A program made the translations under genes and the position numbers. Shown piece by piece: positions 9,340-17,900 of a stretch of DNA of 64,000 nucleotides. Position 1 is the stretch's first letter, and the number at the start of each line of letters is the position of its first letter. The notes under the pieces were generated by a model that saw only the letters and a program-made list of their open reading frames with translations, did not search any database and was not told where the DNA came from. This DNA comes from Alphaproteobacteria bacterium (lineage in GTDB: Bacteria; Pseudomonadota; Alphaproteobacteria; Rs-D84). The stretch spans positions 9,490 to 73,489 of the forward strand of contig JAFRSV010000014.1 of NCBI GenBank assembly GCA_017427405.1, written 5' to 3'.

Positions 9340-10890
9340 TTACTGTATGCGAACCACCTGGCAACTGGCGCCACTGAACTTTAACAACTGGTCACACAAT
9401 TGTTGCGCGGTATCAATATCCGGCATTGGCCCAATACGCAACCGATACAAACGCGCCGCCGAAGATTTCGCCCCAAGTTCGCCAACGCCTTCTTCATCCA
9501 CGGCATAGAACACGCTGTCTTTATATTTATTCAATAAACCTTTGCCGTCATTACCACTGAACCGTGCAACCAATCCGGCCCAGTATTCATCCAACGCCTT
9601 GACACTGCTGTCGGAACGCAATTCAACGGCGACACCACCTTGGTTGCTGGTAATAAGTGGTATATTCGAATTCGGCAAATAAGACCCCGCGGTCACGCGT
9701 TCGGTTGGCATCATACTTATGCCACGTGTGCCATTGCCCAGGGCGGGCGCATCATATGTGCCATACATCATCGCCCCCGTATTCATCGGCATCGCCGGCA
9801 TGGTCGGCAACACCGCGGCATTTGGCACATTGCCAATATACGTCGGACTTGCGGTAAGGTTTTCGTACCCCGCGTTTATCGCGGTCATATTGTCGTTATA
9901 AATCATATTGTTCAGTGAATTTCCCGACATCATACTTTGTGCAACATTTGCCTCGGCCAACGCCATCACACTTGCGGTATCGGCAACCAAGAACGGTTTT
10001 GCGCGCTTTTTAATACAAACAATGCGTTGCCCACTGCGCAGAACCATATCGCCCACGGCCTCTACAATAAGCAAACGACCGTCTTGACCATCGGTGCGGA
10101 ACCCGACCGGCGATTCGCCGCCTTCGACCAACAACGACACCACGGGGCGTTGCGTCATTGAAATAACCTTGTCGCCAAAGTCAATATACGTAAACACACG
10201 GTCACGCCACACGCGTTCCGGCGCAATTACATAGTCGTCCGGATTCGGCACAAAAATATCCAAATCGAAACGGAATTCCGACGGGTCAATTTTCATCGTT
10301 TTAATCCAATCGTAATCTTCGCCATCGACACCGATGCTGGTGCTTTTTGTATTTGTGTTTTTAAATATGGAATTCATCGCCCCACCACTTGGTGCGGTTG
10401 CCGCGCCCGCCATGGGCAAACGGGCGCCCCCATCCAAAACAACATCAACCTGGGAATAGGTAATTTCGGACGCGTTCGACGGTTCACTGCGCAGATAGAA
10501 AGTATAAACATTTCCCGACTTTCCCGTCACAATCAAATTTGTATCCGACCCCATATTGTCCGGCGCGGGTGTAATGTAAAGCGTCCGCCCGCCTTGATTT
10601 CCATTAATTTGAAAGAACCCTTCGTTTCCGACAACCGCGTCTTCAATCTGTTCGCCCTTTGGCAAGTTCACCATCGTCACCATACCATTACGCAACTTTA
10701 CCGGCAACACGGTCCCCGGTTCCCACGCAAGTTGCGCGTATCCGGGTTTCAAACTGCCACTTGTCATATTTGCGTTTGGGTTATCCCACGCGGCCTGAAC
10801 ACCCCAGTTTCCGTCCAACGGCGCCGCCCACGCACCCGACACGACAACACCTGCGCAAATTGCAAATCTAAAAATCCAAAGTGCTTTCAT
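9340..10890 (-). CDS. virB9: VirB9/TrbG/CagX-family type IV secretion core protein with C-terminal SPOR-like domain
   Basis: Signal peptide (...SGAWA/AP). VirB9 N-domain (VKLRNGMVTMVNLPKGEQIEDAVVGNEGFFQI...TNLIVTGKSGNVYTFYL) and C-domain (APERVWRDRVFTYIDFGDK...VGFRTDGQDGRLLIVEAVGDMVLRSGQRIVCIKK). M/N/P-rich linker, then RLYRLRIGPMPDIDTAQQLCDQLLKFSGASCQVV. RBS AGGAAGGGA. Confidence 0.85.
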   Translation of the reverse strand: MKALWIFRFAICAGVVVSGAWAAPLDGNWGVQAAWDNPNANMTSGSLKPGYAQLAWEPGTVLPVKLRNGMVTMVNLPKGEQIEDAVVGNEGFFQINGNQGGRTLYITPAPDNMGSDTNLIVTGKSGNVYTFYLRSEPSNASEITYSQVDVVLDGGARLPMAGAATAPSGGAMNSIFKNTNTKSTSIGVDGEDYDWIKTMKIDPSEFRFDLDIFVPNPDDYVIAPERVWRDRVFTYIDFGDKVISMTQRPVVSLLVEGGESPVGFRTDGQDGRLLIVEAVGDMVLRSGQRIVCIKKRAKPFLVADTASVMALAEANVAQSMMSGNSLNNMIYNDNMTAINAGYENLTASPTYIGNVPNAAVLPTMPAMPMNTGAMMYGTYDAPALGNGTRGISMMPTERVTAGSYLPNSNIPLITSNQGGVAVELRSDSSVKALDEYWAGLVARFSGNDGKGLLNKYKDSVFYAVDEEGVGELGAKSSAARLYRLRIGPMPDIDTAQQLCDQLLKFSGASCQVVRIQ

Positions 10891-10915
10891 TTTTCCCTTC
10901 CTTTTCTTTGCGTAT

Positions 10916-11623
10916 TTATTTTGATATCCAATTCAACGGATCGTTCCCGTTCAACACCGTGTATTCCCTGACTTTCAATCCCAACGGATTATTAAGGCGT
11001 TCGATCCAATCAATAATCCTGTCGTTATCCTTGGCCAAAACAACACGAATCTTATAGTCCTTTTTATTTGTCGGCCCGCTGTTTGATTCACAATAATATC
11101 GTATCGTCACGGTATATGTGTCTTCCTTTAATACCAATGGCGCACCAATAAATGTGACGGGGCATGTAAACGCAAAATCCGGATAGTCACCAATAATTGC
11201 GTTATACATATCGGTCTGGGTGAATGCCTTGTAAACCGCGGGCGTGGACCACATTGCAACAACGCCACCATCATTACCCCACTTGCGCCGCATAATTGAA
11301 GTATTGCGTTCCACTTCGTTCCGGGCGCGGACATATTCCATGACGAACGCCTTTTTATATTCGTCCACGTTTTCATCACTTGCCGGCAATTCAGTAATTT
11401 GAATACTTGATGAATTTGCGGGCTTGGTCGTGATAAAGAAAATTTCGGGTCGATTTAATGGAAACATTTTCCCCAGTGTCATAAACAATACAAACACCAC
11501 CACCGCCATTCCGGCGAATACAAATACAACCAATCTGGACAACAAAACAGGCGGTTCTATGCGGTGTTGCAAGGTTCCTCTCCTAAACGTTTTTTTTGAT
11601 TGTAGAAAAAATCTTGCAACCAA
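10916..11623 (-). CDS. virB8: VirB8-family type IV secretion protein
   Basis: A single N-terminal TM, then a periplasmic domain with the VirB8-like layout (VDEYKKAFVMEYVRARNEV ... NPLGLKVREYTV). The start is uncertain: TTG at 11623, or TTG at 11572 preceded by AGGAGAGG. Confidence 0.8.
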   Translation of the reverse strand: MVARFFLQSKKTFRRGTLQHRIEPPVLLSRLVVFVFAGMAVVVFVLFMTLGKMFPLNRPEIFFITTKPANSSSIQITELPASDENVDEYKKAFVMEYVRARNEVERNTSIMRRKWGNDGGVVAMWSTPAVYKAFTQTDMYNAIIGDYPDFAFTCPVTFIGAPLVLKEDTYTVTIRYYCESNSGPTNKKDYKIRVVLAKDNDRIIDWIERLNNPLGLKVREYTVLNGNDPLNWISK

Positions 11624-11676
11624 TGCAAGTAAAAAAATAGTGGTCAGTGCAAGTGGAAAGTGTTGGTGTAGTCAGT

Positions 11677-11705
11677 TATATATATGTTACCAATTTTGAT
11701 GACAA
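11677..11705 (-). promoter_or_regulatory. Candidate sigma70 promoter for the virB8-10 operon
   Basis: Minus strand reads TTGTCA-N17-TATATA, about 55 nt upstream of the first possible virB8 start. Confidence 0.35.
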
Positions 11706-11923
11706 GATTATCGGAATAATACAACAATTTCCGGAACGTCGTCGCCCCAACTAACCACTTACACCATCATTTCATACTAACATAAATTTTTTTTCTAAAA
11801 AATGAAAAAAAGCACTTGACCCGATTCGGTGAAATTTAGTAGCCTGAATACAAGTAAAAAATATATTCGTGTGCAAACGCACAGGAGCCGGGCATTCCGG
11901 GGCGAAAGGAAGGGAACGAAAAC

Positions 11924-14900
11924 ATGAAGTTTTTAACGTCGAGAGTAGTTGTTTTTGCGTTGATGTCGTTTTTGGTGTCGTTTGTGGCGCATGCCGAAGA
12001 CAAGGTTGTTGGTGATGGTGGCAAGACGGGCGATACGGGGGAAGTCGTGAAATCGGGTTCGACGCCGGCAATAGATTACAAGGTTGTCACATCCAAGGCA
12101 TATGTTGATGATGAAATCTCTAAGCTTGCCGCACACAAGGTTAATGGTGTTGCGATATCAAATGAAAACATCCAATTTTATGCAGTAGAAACTGCCAGAA
12201 ACAGTGGGGCTTCTGCAACAAAAACAGTTCAACTTAGTGGCGGGGACATGGATTCTGATGCTACAACCATACCGACGGGAATGATGCTTGTTATTAAGCC
12301 GGCTGAGACATCAACTGTTGTGCCAACAACGTTAAAGCTGAAAAGGACTAGTTCCGATACTACGGGAATATCTAAATCGTTACGTTACAACGGTGCGGCA
12401 ATTACAACCGATATGGCGGGCAAAGTGTGGAATGCGAACACCCCATCTATTTGGGTGTATGATGGAACGTATTGGGATTTTGCCGGTGGTGGCACGGTTG
12501 CGGACGGCCTGATTGATGGCCTTGCGTCACATACCGTAAATGGCGCGCCACTATCGAATTTGGCGAGTGTGTTTTTTGGACCCGGGGAGGGTTCTGATGG
12601 CGCCGACAAAAAGGTAACGATCGATTCTATTGCTTCAACGGAGGGGGGGGTGCCACCGACGGGATTAATAATTGTGACTCAACCAACCGACTCGGATAGT
12701 CATGGTAATTTTGCTCTTACTTTAAACCGTTTTAACAAAGCACCTGTGTTTTATAACGGCGCGCCTGTCAACGACAGAGATGCATCCGCAATATGGAGTA
12801 TTAAAAAGCCGTCTTCGTTTGTGTTTGATGGCACAAATTGGGTGTTTTTAGGAACTGTTGATACTGATACCAACACCGAGTATAGCACCATGTCTGTTGA
12901 CGAAGGAACCGCTGGGCAATCGCAAACGCAACGAGTATTGACGGCACAAAACCTTAAACCGATAATCCAGGGCACAACATTGACAGGTCTTAGTACAAGT
13001 ACTGCTAGTGTAATAACTACATCCGACACGGTAACAACTGGTATGGGTAAGTTACAGGCTCAAATTACGGCTAATGATGTTAGGACACATACGGTAAACG
13101 GTGCACCGTTATCAAATACAGCAAGTTATTTTTATGGCACAGGTGTCGGTGTTCCCGATAATGCTGCCAAAACAGTAGAGATAGACTCTATTTATTCCGT
13201 AATCGGTCAAACAACACCGAATGGACAAATGATTGTTGTTCAACCAGAGAAAACGGCAACGAAAGGTAATATCACATTACAGTTAAACAAGTTCAATGCT
13301 GCGCCAGTGTATTATAACGGAGACGTCTTGAATGATGACGATGTGTCAAAAGTCTGGAATAAGGGGTATCCATCGACATTTGTGTTTGATGGAACGAATT
13401 GGGTTTTTATGGGTAACGGACAATTCGATACTGATACCAATACCGAGTATAGCACCATGTCTGTTAACGAAGGAACCGCTGGGCAATCGCAAACGCAACG
13501 AACATTGACGGCACAAAACCTTAAACCGATAATCCAGGGCACAACATTGACTGGTGTTGACACAACGGCGACAACGGCGGTAACGGCATCGGATACGGTC
13601 ACAACCGGCATCGGAAAACTTCAAGGACAGATAAATGATTTATCGTCACATAAAATAAACGGTATGCCGCTTTCGGGCTTTACATCGAATGGCGATGCGA
13701 TGACCAGTATGTATTTTTATGGGACATCGGATGCGGCGGCGGCCGACGAAGTAAGGAATGTGACCATTGGCGGCATAACCGAACTTGCACCGGGGTTGAT
13801 GATTATTGTGAAACCAACGATAACCGCCGCGTACGGAAATGCGGATGCGGCGGCGGCGGCCAAATTGAACCTGAACGGTCTTGGTGCCAAGGGTATGCGG
13901 TATAATGGTGCCGCACTTACCACCACCAATGATGGATATGCGTGGAAGGCGAATACCCCGGGTTTATGGTTGTATGATGGGACATATTGGAATTTTGCCG
14001 GTTATGACGCAAATAACACATATAACGCTATGACCGATGGTGCCAGTGGTTCGTATAGTGGCCCGGCTGGGACAGCCACCACAAACACGGTGGTCAGTCC
14101 AAAGGTTTTAAAGAACACCGTTCTTGACGGTATAACCCTTACCGCGAATACCGGTCGGACGGCATTTGATAGCACAATCGCGAACACCCCAATTACCGCA
14201 AGTGATAAGGTAATAGAGGCATTTGGTCATGCCCAAGGACAAATTAATAACAAACAGAACAAGATTGATGCAACATGGATAGAAGTTTCGACATTAGATA
14301 ATAGTGACATATGGCAACTGCGTGGGATTGCCGCATCAAATAACGCCGCGACTGATATTAACGCCACCGAAATTGGTCTTATGACAAATAATGATGTATA
14401 TGCGATATTGTCATATAATAACGAGGGGCACGGTTTGGTTGATGCAAATTATGATTTTTTCCAGAGTATCGGTCAAACCGGTCGCTATGAAGAATTGGAA
14501 AATCTTGTTCCAACTGTTGCCGCGGTTGGTGAAGCGTTTGGTGAACTTCGTGCTTTTTCGTGGGATTCCACAAAACACCCCGTGGCGATTGACGCATACA
14601 GCACGACGTTCAGTAACAGTGCAACGAACGCATGGCCGGTGATGAACGAAACCAAGGCCCCAAGTGGCAGTGTCCTTGCCAACGCATTGGCATTAAAGCA
14701 AAATAAAATTGCCGCCGGCACTGCGGGTAATGTTGTGACATATAGCGGTACCGCGGGGCAATTTGGTACACCGCTTAGTATAATGGATGGTCTTAGTTCC
14801 TATGGCGAAGTTGCGGTACTTGATAATGCATATAATTTTGGGGATCCAGAAACATCACAAACCACTGTTTGGCCATTGGCAGAGGCAACCCAATTAATAA

Positions 14901-17900
14901 ATGGTCGCGCCTTTGCTGACGGTTTATCTTTGAAGCAAACTGTGTTACCGGTTACCAGCAATGGAATGGGCAACGGACCAAACTATGTTTACAATGCAAC
15001 GACAAACCCGACAGCGGACGGATCCGTTGTCACCACAACAACGACCGCCGGCACCGTGGGTCAGCGCGGTATTGCGACGGCACCAACGTATGATGCAAAT
15101 GATAATTTAACCAATGGTTCGTGGTTACCGACGATGAGTGCGGTTGAAAGCATGGTATCTGGGTCCGATGTTTCATCGCACAAGGTCAATGGCGCACCAT
15201 TATCAAATACGGCATCGTACTTTTATGGCGAAGGTGTTGGTGCGGCGGACACGGCAACCAAGACGGTTAGCATACCGTCAATAACCGGCACGCCCGCGGT
15301 TGGCCAGGTTATTGTTGTCAAACCGGCAACAACGAATACATCGTCAACAATAAATATAAATTTAAACAATACGGCGGCATACAGTGTTTTGTATAGGGGC
15401 AGTTCTAGCAATATCCCAAAGGATGTTTGGACGGCATATGTTCCATCGATATTTGTTCTTGATGAAACCAGTGGTGGAACAAAATATTGGCGGTATGTCG
15501 GAACTTCGCCGTCGTCGATGGCATGGGGGGCGACCGAAACCAATGCAACAAACGCATATAGTACGACATTTGACGGCACAACAAACAATTGGCCGGTGGC
15601 GGATGAAAATAAATACGTCAAGGGTGATTCATTTGCCCAAGGTTTGGCATTAAAACAAAATAGAATCACAACTAATTTGGTGTCGTTTAATGATACGCCA
15701 AATGGTGCAACATATAATGTTCCGGCACTTGTATCATATGGAACGGGTACAAATAATGCTGATGGGATACTTGGCAACAAAATCGGTATAGTGGGTTATG
15801 GAAATATTGGCGAAGATCTTGCAGATTATGAAGAAGTTGGAATGGATAATTATGTTCCGACCGTTTACGCCGTGGCAGCGGCTTTATCCGCCATTTGGGA
15901 GGGTATGCCATCACAATGGCAGGCGCTTTCTTGGAATGTGAACGGTGACAATGGTGCCAATCGCACAAATGCAATCAATGCATATAATACAACATTTGGA
16001 ACCGGCACAAACAATTGGGCGGGAACCAACACAAATTTGATAAATGGGCAATTTTTGGCAAATTCCCTTGCGCTGAAACAAAATAAAATCCCGGCGGGAA
16101 CAACCCCCGAAAATTTATACACGAACGGCAGTGTATTAACATATACCAATTCTGATGGGGTCGTTGGTGAAAAACATATTATAAATGGTCAAATGTTTGA
16201 GGATCTTGTTGGAGGTCGTGAAAACTGGACGAATGATTATCAAAATATGCTTGTAAATGCCGGTGATATCGGAACAATGTTGAAAAGGCTTGATTGGTCC
16301 AGTACCCAAAGCGCCGCAATCAATGCATATAACACAACATTTGGAACCGGTACAAATAATTGGACGGGAAATGACGGTAATTTAATAAACGGTCAATTTT
16401 TGGCAAATTCCCTTGCCCTGAAACAAAATAAAATTCCTGCCGGCACTGCGGGGGAAATCTTGACGTATAGTGGCACCGCGGGACAGCTTGGAACGCCATG
16501 GGCGGTTTTGTCTAGTTTGACTGGTGAGGATGGAGATGCAATAGAAAACTATAGCACAACGTTTAATGGCACAGATGGCAATTGGACAACAGGTTCCGCG
16601 GGTAAATTGATTACTACGAATGTCTTGGCGGATGGGTTAGCATTGAAACAAACAAGAATCTCAACCGGATTGGTGGAGTTTGAAGGAAATGAAGGTAATT
16701 ATCAATTGCCCGCAATCGTTAGAACGGATGCCTTGGGGGACTTATTAGATGGAACAAGTCTTGGTATATTTAATTTTGCAACATATCAGGCAGAAGATGC
16801 GTATCAAGCTTTAGCCGGGTATGCCGAAGGTGCTACCGCAGCCCAACTTGATAATTTCGTACCTACACTTCGTGTGGTGGCAGAAGAACTTAAAGCGATT
16901 GAAAGTAAACAAAACAAACTCCCAGCTGCATATGCAAGTACAACAGATCCCAGTAAAATGGCATCAATGGGTGGGGAAACGATTGCTTTGGGATCGTACG
17001 CGGGGAGCGTGAGTCAGCGTTATATCACCGCGGGTGGGTCACAACCACTTACCCAAAAAACTGGGGCAGATAATGTGATGTTATATATCAATGGAACAAA
17101 AACATTAGCCCAATTCCAAACATCGAACTTTGGTGCGACCGGCGGGACAGCAACCACCATTCAGGGGAGAATCAAAGAATCGTTGGTTAATTTGGAAACA
17201 TTGAAAGATGTGTATAGTGAATTACAAGAAAGTATTGAAAGTTCCGATGTTTCATCGCACAAGGTCAATGGCGCACCATTATCAAATACGGCATCATACT
17301 TTTACGGCGAAGGTGTTGGGGAGGCGGACACGTCAACCAAAACGGTCAGCATCCCATCAATAACCGGCACCCCCGCCGTTGGCCAGGTTATTATTGTCAA
17401 ACCGGCGACAACGAATACCGCATCAACGATAAAGATAAATTTAAACAATACGGCGGCATACAGTGTTTTATACAGGGGCAGCACAACCAATATCCCATCA
17501 GAGGCATGGACGGCATATGTTCCGTCGATATTTGTCCTTGATGAAACCAGTGGTGGAACAAAATATTGGCGGTATGTCGGAACTTCGCCGTCGTCGATGG
17601 CATGGGGGGCGACCGAAACCAATGCAACAAACGCATATAGTACGACATTTGACGGCACAACAAACAATTGGCCAACGGCGGATGAAAATAAATACGTCAA
17701 GGCTGATTCACTTGCGTATGGTTTGGCGTTAAAACAAAACGCTTTGCCGGCCCAGGCATCGGGTGCCCCGGTCACAATTCCGACATACCCGGCATATGGT
17801 ACATCTGATGGGGTGATTGGTAAAATGTATCTTGATACATCATCGCTTTATACGGCAAATGATGAACATTTCCCATCATCAAAATTGATTCGTACAACAC

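Noticed and set aside
5682-11923. VirB11, VirD4, VirB4 or VirB7 genes hidden next to virB8-10, including small unlisted ORFs
   Set aside because: No Walker-A ATPase-like ORF exists on either strand in the flanks. The 300-bp region upstream of virB8 contains no minus-strand ORF with a start codon and lipobox. The two downstream small proteins have no nucleotide-binding motifs.
15223-15780. 185-aa and 157-aa (17302-17775) minus-strand ORFs inside the giant gene
   Set aside because: These are antisense frames that appear twice only because the underlying DNA is duplicated. They have no starts with an RBS and lie within a continuous 7.36-kb sense ORF.
15164-17739. The 497-bp repeat pair as template and variable repeats of a diversity-generating retroelement
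   Set aside because: The substitutions between copies are mixed (G/A, T/C, C/T, multi-base changes) rather than confined to adenine positions of one copy. No reverse transcriptase or Avd-like gene is present in the window.
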